From Candidatus Levyibacteriota bacterium (lineage in GTDB: Bacteria; Patescibacteriota; Microgenomatia; Levybacterales; UBA12049): a stretch of DNA of 64,000 nt. Position 1 is the stretch's first letter; each line of letters begins with the position of its first letter. Positions 18,624 to 28,002 of the stretch are shown here, piece by piece. The notes beneath the pieces were generated by a model. It searched no databases and was not told the DNA's origin. It saw nothing but the letters and a program-made list of their open reading frames with translations. The DNA lies in the NCBI GenBank assembly GCA_003173895.1, contig PJMG01000012.1, positions 35,448-99,447 on the forward strand. Direction: 5' to 3'. Position numbers and translations under genes: made by a program.

Positions 18624-19979
18624 TTATTTATTAAATAAATTCAATAATGTTCTAGTTACAAATATGGCTGAGAACATAGAGACTCCTACTCCAATAGCGA
18701 GGGTTAGTGCGAATCCTTTTACTATCCCCTCTCCAAATCTAAATAAAATTAGACATGTAATAAGAGTTGAAATATTTGAGTCTCTTATGGATGACCAAGC
18801 TCTACTAAAACCTAGACTTTGAGCTTGTTCATGATTTCTACCTCTACGTAATTCTTCTTTAGTTCTTTCGAAAATCAAGATATTCGCATCTACAGCCATA
18901 CCTACTGATAAAATAAAACCAGCAATACCTGATAATGTTAAAGTTATAGGAATCATTTTAAAAATAGCTAAAGCCATTATGGTATAAATAATTAGAGCTA
19001 CTGTAGCTATTACACCAGATTTTTTATAAAGTGCGATCATAAATATAGCTACGATTATAAATCCTACTAAACCTGCGAAAATGCTTTCATTTAAAGAATT
19101 TTGCCCCAGTGTAGCACCTATAGTTTGTTCTGATAAAACATGCAGAGGAACTGGTAAGGTTCCTGCTTGTAACTCAATAGCTAAATTATTCGCAGTGTCT
19201 TGAGTAAAATTACCAGTTATAACTGCATTTCCAGTTAAAATAGGTTGTTGCACTACAGGCGCTTCTATAACTTGATTATCTAAAACTATAGCTATAGGTT
19301 TTTTAATATTTTTAGTAGTTAAATTTGCGAATTTTTGTGTTCCTGAATTATTAAAAATTAAATTCACTTGTGGCTGTCCAGTATTAGAATCATAAGTAAC
19401 CGAAGCACTTTTCAGATCCTTACCCGTTAGATTAGTTAGTTCAGCTGTGTTTCCCAAAACTTGTATCATGCCAACAGGTAAAATTCCAGAATTTGAGGCT
19501 ATACCACTCTCCCAAAATGATAACTCAGCCGTAGAACCAATAACTGATAAAGCTTCTTGATTACCCACTCCAGGTAAATCTACTATAAGTCGATAATCTG
19601 AACCATCTTTAGCAGTTTGAATGGTAGGTTCTGAAACTCCAAGTAAATTTATTCTATTACTAATAACTGTTTTAGCAGCATTTAATGCATTATCACGATC
19701 TGTGATTGCGATATTTTTCATATCAGCACTCAAAGTTATGCTAGTTCCACCTGCTAGATCAAGTCCTTCTCTAAACTGAAAAATTTTAATAAATTTAAAC
19801 TTACTGTAATTAAGAAAAATTACTGAACCTCCAAATGGAAGCGTTAGATTAAAACTTCTATTAATACCAGGTAGTTTTGGAATAGAAATAGAAAACAAAT
19901 TTGTCAGAGGCATATCAATAATGACTCCAACAAATATTATTAAAGCTATTAAAAAAAGAGAAAATTTATGATGTCTCAT
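18624..19979 (-). CDS. secD: Protein translocase subunit SecD
   Basis: 451 aa with N-terminal TM, large periplasmic domain and C-terminal 6-TM bundle containing conserved SecD/SecF motifs (AGIAGFILSVGMAVDANILIFER). Confidence 0.85.
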   Translation of the reverse strand: MRHHKFSLFLIALIIFVGVIIDMPLTNLFSISIPKLPGINRSFNLTLPFGGSVIFLNYSKFKFIKIFQFREGLDLAGGTSITLSADMKNIAITDRDNALNAAKTVISNRINLLGVSEPTIQTAKDGSDYRLIVDLPGVGNQEALSVIGSTAELSFWESGIASNSGILPVGMIQVLGNTAELTNLTGKDLKSASVTYDSNTGQPQVNLIFNNSGTQKFANLTTKNIKKPIAIVLDNQVIEAPVVQQPILTGNAVITGNFTQDTANNLAIELQAGTLPVPLHVLSEQTIGATLGQNSLNESIFAGLVGFIIVAIFMIALYKKSGVIATVALIIYTIMALAIFKMIPITLTLSGIAGFILSVGMAVDANILIFERTKEELRRGRNHEQAQSLGFSRAWSSIRDSNISTLITCLILFRFGEGIVKGFALTLAIGVGVSMFSAIFVTRTLLNLFNK

Positions 19980-20569
19980 GAGAGCATATCTTCTTCGTCT
20001 CCGATCAACATGACGCGAGAACCTGAAAGCACTTGATTTATAAATGGATCATTTCTGGTTTTTCTAAAGTGAAATTCTTCTTCAGTCATAACAGTATAAT
20101 TTATTTCTGTGTCTAGTCTTGCTTCTTCATTTTTTACCAGCAGTGCAATTTCAGGCAAAACTACTTTTCCTACTATAAGAAAATCTACTTCTTCAGGGTT
20201 TTTATTCATTCTCCTAATAAATTTGCCAGAAAGCATGGCATAATTTATCTTGCCTAATTTTATTTTATTTTTTAATATTTCATAACCTAAACCTATAGAT
20301 TTAGCACCTATCTTTAGTAAATCAAAATAAAAAGTATAATTTTTATTTAAATAATAATAAACACGATTAGCACGAGGTTCTCGAATTAAAATCCCTTTTT
20401 TTTCTAATATTTCTAATTCTCGTCTTACGGCATTTATTTCCTCATTTGTCTTACGAGATAAGTCTCGTACATGATACATCTCAGAAGGATAAGACAAAAA
20501 TATTTTTAAAAGCTTTATTCTAGTCTTAGATGTAATTAAATCTTCTAGCATGAAGTTATTATAGTACAA
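19976..20569 (-). CDS. Putative winged-helix DNA-binding protein
   Basis: N-terminal wHTH-like segment (RIKLLKIFLSYPSEMYHVRDLSRKTNEEINAVRRELEILEKKGIL). 4-nt overlap with secD suggests co-transcription. Confidence 0.35.
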   Translation of the reverse strand: MYYNNFMLEDLITSKTRIKLLKIFLSYPSEMYHVRDLSRKTNEEINAVRRELEILEKKGILIREPRANRVYYYLNKNYTFYFDLLKIGAKSIGLGYEILKNKIKLGKINYAMLSGKFIRRMNKNPEEVDFLIVGKVVLPEIALLVKNEEARLDTEINYTVMTEEEFHFRKTRNDPFINQVLSGSRVMLIGDEEDMLS

Positions 20570-20612
20570 TTAAACAAGTTTTGTGAACAATTAATAATAT
20601 ATAATATAAAAA

Positions 20613-21719
20613 ATGTCTGAAAATGATTCTTATGCTGCTACAGGAGTTGATTATTCTATATTAGATACTGCTAAAAGATTAGCTCAAGAACAAGCTAGCT
20701 CCACAGGAAACAATGCTAGAAGAACTGGAATCGTAGAATTATCAACTAGTCGTGGAGAATCTGCTTTTGTTTGGGAAGATGGGAATGTATACAGAGCTAT
20801 GGTTATGGAAGGATTAGGAACTAAAAGTCTAATTGCAGATAGTATGAGGACTATTACTGGAAAAACTTATTATGATCAAATTGCTCAAGATACTGTTGCA
20901 GCTATTATTAATGATTTAATTGTCGTAGGAGCAGATCCACAAATTATTACTGCTTATTGGGGAGTAGGTAATTCGGATCGGTTTTCAGATTTACAAAGGG
21001 TTGAAGATTTAGTTCGCGGATGGAAACAGGCATGTGATTTAGCTGGTGTTACATGGGGTGGTGGAGAAACACCAACTCTTACAGGAATTATTAATCAAGA
21101 CACTATAGATTTAGGAGGATCTGCGGTGGGAGTTATAAACCCTAAAGAAAATTTAGTATTAGGTGATAAATTAACCGAAGGTGATGAAATTCTTTTAGTA
21201 GAAAGTAGTGGAATACAAGCAAATGGTTTGACATTGGTTAGATCAATTGCAGATAAATTACCCCAAAGTTACGCGACATCTATGGCAGATGGGAATTTAT
21301 TTGGAGAGGCATTATTAACTCCTACAAATATTTATGCTTCATTAATTAGGGATTTACAAGTTAACGCTGTTGATATTCATTATATGGTTAATATTACTGG
21401 TCATGGCTGGAGAAAATTAATGAGAGCCACTAAAGATTTCAGTTATGTTATAGACCAAACTCCAAAACCTCAAGAACTTTTTAATTTTATACAAAAAAAG
21501 GGAAACTTAAGCGATATTGATATGTATGGTACCTTTAATATGGGAGCAGGTTTTGCCATTTACGTTCCACCTGAATATTCTGAACAAGTAATTAAGTTAG
21601 GTCAAGAAAATCATAATCTTAAAATTATTAAAGCAGGAAAAGTCCAAAAAGGACCAAAACAGGTAATTATAAATCCTTTAAATATTACTTTTGAAGAAAA
21701 AACTCTTCAAGTTCGCTAA
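20613..21719 (+). CDS. AIR synthase-related (PurM-like superfamily) protein
   Basis: PurM-like N-terminal domain (GVDYSILDTAK...AMVMEGLGTKSLIA) and C-terminal domain. Exact family (PurM/ThiL/HypE/SelD-like) not resolved. Confidence 0.6.
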   Translation: MSENDSYAATGVDYSILDTAKRLAQEQASSTGNNARRTGIVELSTSRGESAFVWEDGNVYRAMVMEGLGTKSLIADSMRTITGKTYYDQIAQDTVAAIINDLIVVGADPQIITAYWGVGNSDRFSDLQRVEDLVRGWKQACDLAGVTWGGGETPTLTGIINQDTIDLGGSAVGVINPKENLVLGDKLTEGDEILLVESSGIQANGLTLVRSIADKLPQSYATSMADGNLFGEALLTPTNIYASLIRDLQVNAVDIHYMVNITGHGWRKLMRATKDFSYVIDQTPKPQELFNFIQKKGNLSDIDMYGTFNMGAGFAIYVPPEYSEQVIKLGQENHNLKIIKAGKVQKGPKQVIINPLNITFEEKTLQVR

Positions 21720-22865
21720 TTATTTTGTAGTTACTTGATTATATGTTGGTTGAATTTCAAACCAAATTTTACCTCTGTTAAATGAAATTTCATTTCCATT
21801 GGTATCGTAAAGTAATGTTCTAGCTGTTTGACTGGCTTTTTTCCATGTAGCTGTTATTTTCTTTCCGTCTATAAAGACTAGCGCATCTCCAGATCCGATA
21901 TTTTGATAAAGTAAATGTTCGTTATTAGCATATCCATCATTAGCATGTGATTCTTTCATATATAAAACAACTACATTTTTAGCATAAACAGGTTTTTTAG
22001 TATCTACATCTATAAAGTCTTCGCCACCATTTTTTCTAAGATAACTATCTGTTTTAGGATCAAAAACCCATTCTACTACATATCCAGGATCATTCCAGAA
22101 CGGAATTGTAATATCTGTAACATTACCAAATGAGGTAGCATCATCTTTAAATGTATAAGGAGTAAAATTAGCATCCCATGGAGCACCTTTTACTAAATTA
22201 GTTATACTTCGTGTTTTAGCAATAGCCCAGAGTTTAGAAGTAGTGGAATACATAGTGTGTTCTGTAGCTACAGTGTGACCCTGTCTAGAATAATCTCTCC
22301 AATATGTAGGAAAACCTAGAGAAAATTGATTTAAATCATTATATCCATCCCAACCTAGATTACTAATTTCTCCCAGTGCATCTGCATCTCCATCTGCATT
22401 TGCTCCTCCCACATGTGCATAGAGTGGATAAGGACCGTATTCCATGAGCCATCCTATAAAATAAACTCTAGCTGATCTGATAGGACCTATTTCGGGCGCA
22501 TCCTGACAATAGAAAATATTTAGTGTTCTAGTTATTCCACCTTCTGCCACTGCTTCATAAACTATATCTGCATAAGAAATACCAGATTGAGGTCTGGCAT
22601 CTGTACTATTTTCTATCATTACACCTAGTGGTTCATGAGTTTTCCACCAATTTTCTTGCTGTACTGAATATTTAACGCCATTAATAGGACAAGCTTGAGT
22701 TTTAGGAAGATTCTGATCAAAAGCCATAGTACCATTAGCACCTGGCTTGGCAACTGGAATATTTGTACTAATGACTGTAGGATTTTTTAATTTGAAAATT
22801 AAATATGATACCAATGCTGAAATTATAAAAAGAAAAATTCCAATAATTAATATTTTTTTATTCAT
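21720..22865 (-). CDS. DUF3048 domain lipoprotein (YerB-like)
   Basis: Signal/TM N-terminus and overall resemblance to DUF3048 proteins; recalled from memory. Confidence 0.5.
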   Translation of the reverse strand: MNKKILIIGIFLFIISALVSYLIFKLKNPTVISTNIPVAKPGANGTMAFDQNLPKTQACPINGVKYSVQQENWWKTHEPLGVMIENSTDARPQSGISYADIVYEAVAEGGITRTLNIFYCQDAPEIGPIRSARVYFIGWLMEYGPYPLYAHVGGANADGDADALGEISNLGWDGYNDLNQFSLGFPTYWRDYSRQGHTVATEHTMYSTTSKLWAIAKTRSITNLVKGAPWDANFTPYTFKDDATSFGNVTDITIPFWNDPGYVVEWVFDPKTDSYLRKNGGEDFIDVDTKKPVYAKNVVVLYMKESHANDGYANNEHLLYQNIGSGDALVFIDGKKITATWKKASQTARTLLYDTNGNEISFNRGKIWFEIQPTYNQVTTK

Positions 22866-22871
22866 ATAATA

Positions 22872-23324
22872 TCAACTTTCTAATGCTCTTTTTTCTTCTT
22901 CTGATAGATCATGATCTGTACCTTTACCGTTTTTTATTTTTTTGGCATACCAACGAGTTCCTGCTCTGGAATAAAGGCCAGAAATAATTACTCCATTTTC
23001 TTCACTGTCTGTAAGGGATAAAATAAAACTTTGATCGCCTCCTGTATCCTTAAATGGATTAAATCGAAGCAGTCCTAGCTTTTGGATATGTTTTTTCCCC
23101 TCTTCTTCTATCTTATCATATCTTTCTTTTAAAATATCAATATCCTTTTTTGTATTATCATGAGAACTAAGAATCATTTCTAAAAGAGATTGTAAAGTAT
23201 GTCTAGAGGTAGCTTTTAAAAGTTTATTATAATGAGAAGAAAGTTTAAAAAAAATAAAACTTAAAAAGATAAGCCAGATAGTTATGATTCCAAGTAGTAT
23301 TAAAATAATTTGATTAATATTCAT
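22872..23324 (-). CDS. DUF4446-like membrane-anchored protein
   Basis: N-terminal TM helix then coiled/charged region. Co-oriented with DUF3048, a common pairing. Confidence 0.45.
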   Translation of the reverse strand: MNINQIILILLGIITIWLIFLSFIFFKLSSHYNKLLKATSRHTLQSLLEMILSSHDNTKKDIDILKERYDKIEEEGKKHIQKLGLLRFNPFKDTGGDQSFILSLTDSEENGVIISGLYSRAGTRWYAKKIKNGKGTDHDLSEEEKRALES

Positions 23325-23388
23325 ACCGTTGTTTTTTTATGGTATCCTCTTGACAGACACGCTGTCAATAGTGTAGCCTGAGGCAAAT

Positions 23389-23640
23389 ATGGCTAAAGTT
23401 AAAAAATCAGAAAATAATAATAGTCAAAATATAATAAATAATATTACCTATTCTTTTTCTAGTTCTAATAATTCCCCTATTATTAAAAACAACGTAAATA
23501 AAAATTCATCAACTCAAAGTTATACTTATGTTATAAAAGATCTATGGCAGACTTTTTTTATTTCTATTTTTCTATTTGTACTAGAAGTAGTAATTTTTAT
23601 ATTATTAAAAAATAACGTTTTTAAAATACCATCAATTTAA
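23389..23640 (+). CDS. Small Asn-rich protein with C-terminal TM helix
   Basis: ORF of 83 aa. Upstream perfect palindrome TTGACAGacacgCTGTCAA (23351-23369) overlapping a -35-like TTGACA. Confidence 0.3.
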   Translation: MAKVKKSENNNSQNIINNITYSFSSSNNSPIIKNNVNKNSSTQSYTYVIKDLWQTFFISIFLFVLEVVIFILLKNNVFKIPSI

Positions 23641-23697
23641 AATTCTTAACTATAAATTTTGAATTTTAAATTGTTTTTGAAAGGGGGTGATTAAAGA

Positions 23698-23835
23698 ATG
23701 CAAATGTATTGTGTAAAATGCCGACAAAAAAGAGAGGCAAAAGATCCTAAAAAAATTACCATGAAAAATGGTAAGCCAGCAACTGAAGCAATTTGTTCAG
23801 TATGTGGTACAAAAATGTTTAGAATTGGAGGCTAA
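23698..23835 (+). CDS. Zinc-ribbon mini-protein (DUF5679-like, 45 aa)
   Basis: Not in ORF track (short). RBS AGGGGGTGA 8 nt upstream. Sequence MQMYCVKCRQKREAKDPKKITMKNGKPATEAICSVCGTKMFRIGG, with two C-x2-C pairs. Confidence 0.5.
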   Translation: MQMYCVKCRQKREAKDPKKITMKNGKPATEAICSVCGTKMFRIGG

Positions 23836-23853
23836 TTAGCTTTTCCAAGTCTC

Positions 23854-23901
23854 AAAAACCCCCAACTAATACGACCAATTGGCGAATTAATTGGGGGTTT
23901 A
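23854..23901. terminator. Bidirectional intrinsic terminator hairpin between convergent mini-genes
   Basis: AAAACCCCCAA-(25 nt)-TTGGGGGTTT, flanked by an A-run on the left and a T-run on the right. Confidence 0.45.
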
Positions 23902-23907
23902 ATTTAA

Positions 23908-24045
23908 TTACTCACAACAAGGGTCTTTGAAACCACAATTCTGACAATATGCATCGCGACTTCCAGGCATATCGCCCATAAGGGTATAACAAATAGGACA
24001 GAGTTGTGTACGTAAATCCGGATTTAATTTAATATTTAAGTCCAT
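23908..24045 (-). CDS. Cys-rich mini-protein (45 aa), zinc-ribbon-like
   Basis: Not in ORF track. Reverse strand ATG at 24045 gives MDLNIKLNPDLRTQLCPICYTLMGDMPGSRDAYCQNCGFKDPCCE*, with C-x2-C ... C-x2-C plus a terminal CC. Confidence 0.45.
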   Translation of the reverse strand: MDLNIKLNPDLRTQLCPICYTLMGDMPGSRDAYCQNCGFKDPCCE

Positions 24046-24077
24046 AACTTAAAATATAAAAAATGAGATTTAAATTA

Positions 24078-25787
24078 TTATTTTTTACCTTGATAGTGTT
24101 CTAATTTATAGATTTCTATAAAGCTAACATTCTTTTTATCTACTATTTCTGCTTGACCAAAACCTGCTATTTCAAAAAGTGGATTACCTAAAGGATAGCA
24201 TGGAATACTCTCACAAATGACTATTAATTGATTAGTAACTGAAGTTCTTTGAGGATCTAAATAGGGAGGTTGTATAGTTACCGGAGGATGTCCCCAAATA
24301 GTTAAGAAATAACGATAGGCAAAATCAGAATTTCCACCTGTAATTAGAGCTAAATTAAAGGGTTTATTATCTACTTCATTTAAAACTACTTTAGATATTA
24401 ATCTCGCTTGATTAACTTGTTCATTAGGAAGAATTCTTATAGGACTATAATAAATACTAGTAAATATTATCGCTCCTAAAATTAAAATTCCACCAATTTT
24501 ACTTGATATATTTATTACTTGATAGAGCTTGTTATTCTGAGCGTTAGCGAAGAATCTCGTCCTTTTCCAATTATTTTTCCATAAAAATCCTATAAAATTA
24601 CTAATTACTAAAATTACTACAGGATATAAAAATTCAAAATAATAATCATAAATATTTTTTTTATAAAATCCAAAAATTAAGAGTGGTGGAATTAACCAGG
24701 CAAAGATTAAAAAATATTTTAGAAACTTATTTTTATTTGTCATTCTGAGCGTTAGCGAAGAATCTCGTCCCTTTTGTTTTAATAAGCTAACAAATTCAAT
24801 TAAAAAGTAGATTAAACTTCCTAAGGACACGATGGAAATTAAAATAGCAAAAATATCTAGCTTACCAAATGTTGAAACTGCTGTATTGGAAGGTGGGTAA
24901 TAGAATAAAGTTTTCCCAAAAACAGTTATAAATACATCCCAAGTTTTCATCAGGATATTCCCACTTCCTCCTACGTCAGGAGAATGAAAAATAAAATTAA
25001 TAATATTTAATGTGTTTACGAATTTATGTCTTACTTCAAATGCTAAATAAGGAGAAAACCCTATTAAAAATCCTAAAATGAAAAAGAAAAAAATCTTAAT
25101 GTCATCCTGAACTTGTTTCAGGATTTTCTTCATCATCCTAGCTGGTCCAGAATTAATGCTAAAAATAAACTCTGCTCCAATAACATATAAAATTATCGAC
25201 ACTCCTAAAAATGTTTCTATGTAGTGAAGTTGAAGTAAAATTCCATAGCAGATACCGGATAAAATAACCCATTTATTTTTCCCCTCAAACAAACTTCTAT
25301 ATAAAAACCATAAACATAATATGGTAAAAAATGGCATAGGATTTGGATTCCATGAAGATTTAGAATAAATTACTACGAGTGGTGAAATAGCATAAATAAA
25401 TGCTGCTATAAATCCTGTAGTTTTATTAAAAATATTTTTACCAAGATAATAAACTAGATAAACAGTTATTATTCCAAGTAATGCAATCATTACAGCTGGC
25501 CCCACAGGATTATAATTAAATAACCATAAAAATGGTGCCATGAAGTAGTAATAAATAGGACCTAAGAAAAAACCGCCAACAGAACTGGTTGGTCCCAGTA
25601 AAGTTAGATGTCCATGTAAAATATTATAAACAGTTAAGACATCTCTTCCTTCATCTCCTAAAAAAGTCATGTAATCACCAATCCTATAAAATCTTAGGAA
25701 TGCAGCTAACAGTAAAATTAAAAATAAAAGAAAATTTGTTTTAGTAAGATATTTTTTTAAAGCACTTATCATAATATCTAATGCCAT
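24078..25787 (-). CDS. GT-C fold glycosyltransferase, PMT_2 / ArnT-like (GT39/GT83 family)
   Basis: About 12 TM helices. DE motif in first extracytoplasmic loop (TFLGDEGRD). 569 aa. Contains three in-frame copies of dispersed-repeat fragments (24531-24568, 24739-24781, 25101-25124). Confidence 0.75.
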   Translation of the reverse strand: MALDIMISALKKYLTKTNFLLFLILLLAAFLRFYRIGDYMTFLGDEGRDVLTVYNILHGHLTLLGPTSSVGGFFLGPIYYYFMAPFLWLFNYNPVGPAVMIALLGIITVYLVYYLGKNIFNKTTGFIAAFIYAISPLVVIYSKSSWNPNPMPFFTILCLWFLYRSLFEGKNKWVILSGICYGILLQLHYIETFLGVSIILYVIGAEFIFSINSGPARMMKKILKQVQDDIKIFFFFILGFLIGFSPYLAFEVRHKFVNTLNIINFIFHSPDVGGSGNILMKTWDVFITVFGKTLFYYPPSNTAVSTFGKLDIFAILISIVSLGSLIYFLIEFVSLLKQKGRDSSLTLRMTNKNKFLKYFLIFAWLIPPLLIFGFYKKNIYDYYFEFLYPVVILVISNFIGFLWKNNWKRTRFFANAQNNKLYQVINISSKIGGILILGAIIFTSIYYSPIRILPNEQVNQARLISKVVLNEVDNKPFNLALITGGNSDFAYRYFLTIWGHPPVTIQPPYLDPQRTSVTNQLIVICESIPCYPLGNPLFEIAGFGQAEIVDKKNVSFIEIYKLEHYQGKK

Positions 25788-25849
25788 CCTGAACTTATTT
25801 CAGGATCTTCTTAATTCAGAGAGGATGCTGAAATAAATTCAGCATGACA
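25784..25849. repeat. Palindromic dispersed repeat (TGTCAT...ATGACA family)
   Basis: CATCCTGAAC-ttatt-TCAGGATC ... GGATGCTGAA-ataaa-TTCAGCATGACA. Near-identical architecture to 4024-4091. Confidence 0.6.
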
Positions 25850-25853
25850 AGAG

Positions 25854-27005
25854 TTATTTTTTCTTCCAAATAAATTTAGAATAAATAAAGAAGTTCCAGA
25901 TTAAAAGTAGTGCCGTTCCAATTACAAAATAAAGATAATAATATTTAATATTAATTAAAAAATGGAAATTGCCATTATTACTTATAAAAGTATCACCTAA
26001 AAATATAGTTCCTGTTTGAATAAAAATAACTCCGAAAATCGATGTAACATAAAATTGCAGCATTTTCCAGAAGTAGATTCCTATTCCTGTTATTTTTTGA
26101 TGACTAAAAGTCCAGATATTATTTAAATTATAGTTAGAGAAAATGGCTACAGCTGCGCCGACTAGATTAGCTAATGAATGATCCCAGTGAAAAGAATCTG
26201 ATAAAACTTTTAGAATTATAAAATTAATTACGAAACCTGTTCCTCCAACTACTAAAAATTTAAAGAAACTGGATAATTCTATTAACCTCTGAGTAATGAC
26301 AAATTTTAAAGTATTTACAATGGTAGAACCTGATGGAATTTTAGATTCACCCGCTACTCTTTCACCAAAAGCAAATGGTACTTCCGCTACTTTAAATCCA
26401 TCTTCTACAGATTTTAGTAAAAATCCTACCTGAAAATAATAACCAGTTAATTTTTTAATTCTTTCTTTTTCTTTTATAAATACTTCTTTTTTAATAGCTC
26501 TATAGCCGCCTGTCCAATCATGAATATAAAAACGCCCCAAAACAAATCTTATAAATTGATTTCCTACTACGGATAAAAATTTACGATCTATACCCCAATT
26601 TTGAGGAATTGATCCACCATCACTATATCTGGTACCAATTACGAAATCATATCCGGCGTCAATTTTTTTAAGAAATTGAGGAATTTTATCAGGATCATGT
26701 TGGAAATCCGCATCCATTTCAAAAACCACATCTACTTTTAATGCATCAATCGAAAAACTCATAGCTCTTATATATGCTGCACCTAAACCTTTTTTTGGTC
26801 CACTATCTACTCTAATATTTTTATATTTTTTATTTAAACTTTCTGCTATTTTAGCTGTACCATCAGGTGAATTATCATCAGCTACTACAATTAACATTTC
26901 ATAGTCTTTAATACGTGGAAAAACTTTTTCTTCGAGGTAGGTAATAATTTTTTCTATATTTTCTTTTTCGTTATATGTAGGAAGAATAATAGCTGCTTTT
27001 TTCAT
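25854..27005 (-). CDS. GT2 glycosyltransferase fused to GtrA-like membrane domain (polyprenyl-phosphate sugar synthase, DPM1/ArnC-like)
   Basis: N-terminal GT-A domain (ILPTYNE ... VVADDNSPDGT ... EMDADFQHDP = DxD). C-terminal 4-TM GtrA-like domain. Confidence 0.8.
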   Translation of the reverse strand: MKKAAIILPTYNEKENIEKIITYLEEKVFPRIKDYEMLIVVADDNSPDGTAKIAESLNKKYKNIRVDSGPKKGLGAAYIRAMSFSIDALKVDVVFEMDADFQHDPDKIPQFLKKIDAGYDFVIGTRYSDGGSIPQNWGIDRKFLSVVGNQFIRFVLGRFYIHDWTGGYRAIKKEVFIKEKERIKKLTGYYFQVGFLLKSVEDGFKVAEVPFAFGERVAGESKIPSGSTIVNTLKFVITQRLIELSSFFKFLVVGGTGFVINFIILKVLSDSFHWDHSLANLVGAAVAIFSNYNLNNIWTFSHQKITGIGIYFWKMLQFYVTSIFGVIFIQTGTIFLGDTFISNNGNFHFLINIKYYYLYFVIGTALLLIWNFFIYSKFIWKKK

Positions 27006-27955
27006 ATGCTCTTAAAATATTCTATCGTTTTATTAAGTCCTTCTTCAAGTGATACTTTCGGTTCCCAATTTAAAAGTTGTTTAGCTTTAGAGATATCTGC
27101 TTTACGTTTTAGTGGATCATCTAAAGGGAGCTCTTCACTAAAAATTATCTCACTTTTAGAATCAGTTAATTTTTTAACTATTTGAGCATATTCCAGAACT
27201 GTATGTTCAGATGGACTCCCTAAATTTATAACTTCACCTTTTACATTATCATTAAACATAAATTTCATCAGTCCATCGACTAAATCATCTATAAAACAAA
27301 GAGAACGCGTTTGACTTCCATCACCAAAAACTGTAATTGATTCTCCACTTAATGATTGATTAATAAAACTTATTATCATTCTCCCATCTTCCTTTAACAT
27401 ATTTGGTCCATAGGTATTAAAAATGCGAACTATTCGTCCATCTAAATTTTTATCACGAACATAATAAGCAGTTAAAGTTTCACCAAATCTTTTCGATTCA
27501 TCATAAATAGAACGAGGTCCAGTGGTAGAAACATTTCCTCGATAAGTTTCTTTCTGTGGATGTTCTAATGGATCACCATAAATTTCTGATGTCGAAGCAA
27601 ATAAAAATCGCGCATTATTTTTTAAAGCTAAATCAAGTAATAAATGTGTTCCGGTAGTATTAGCCATCATAGTTTGTATTGGAAGAGCCAAATAGCTAAT
27701 AGAACTATGATGATTAGGAGATGCAGGGGATGCTAGATGAAAAAGAAAATCAAATTTTAAATCTCCTTCAACTGGCTTTGTAATATCTGCTTCTATAAAA
27801 GTAAACTGCGGATTATTTAATAAATTTTGTATGTTTGATTTTTTACTAGTTATGAAATTATCTATACAGATTACGCTGTAGTTTTGCTCTAAAAGTCTTT
27901 TACATAAATTAGAACCAATAAATCCTGCTCCCCCAGCAACCAGAACTGTCTTCAT
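27002..27955 (-). CDS. UDP-glucuronate decarboxylase (UDP-xylose synthase) / ArnA C-terminal-like SDR
   Basis: Rossmann GGAGFIGSNL. Catalytic S-x(n)-Y-x3-K region (STSEIYGDP ... YDESKRFGE). 317 aa, typical of UXS. 4-nt overlap with the GT2-GtrA gene. Confidence 0.75.
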   Translation of the reverse strand: MKTVLVAGGAGFIGSNLCKRLLEQNYSVICIDNFITSKKSNIQNLLNNPQFTFIEADITKPVEGDLKFDFLFHLASPASPNHHSSISYLALPIQTMMANTTGTHLLLDLALKNNARFLFASTSEIYGDPLEHPQKETYRGNVSTTGPRSIYDESKRFGETLTAYYVRDKNLDGRIVRIFNTYGPNMLKEDGRMIISFINQSLSGESITVFGDGSQTRSLCFIDDLVDGLMKFMFNDNVKGEVINLGSPSEHTVLEYAQIVKKLTDSKSEIIFSEELPLDDPLKRKADISKAKQLLNWEPKVSLEEGLNKTIEYFKSI

Positions 27956-28002
27956 TAAAATAATTCTAGCAGAAAAAATAATTTCAAGAAAGCAATGAAG
28001 TT

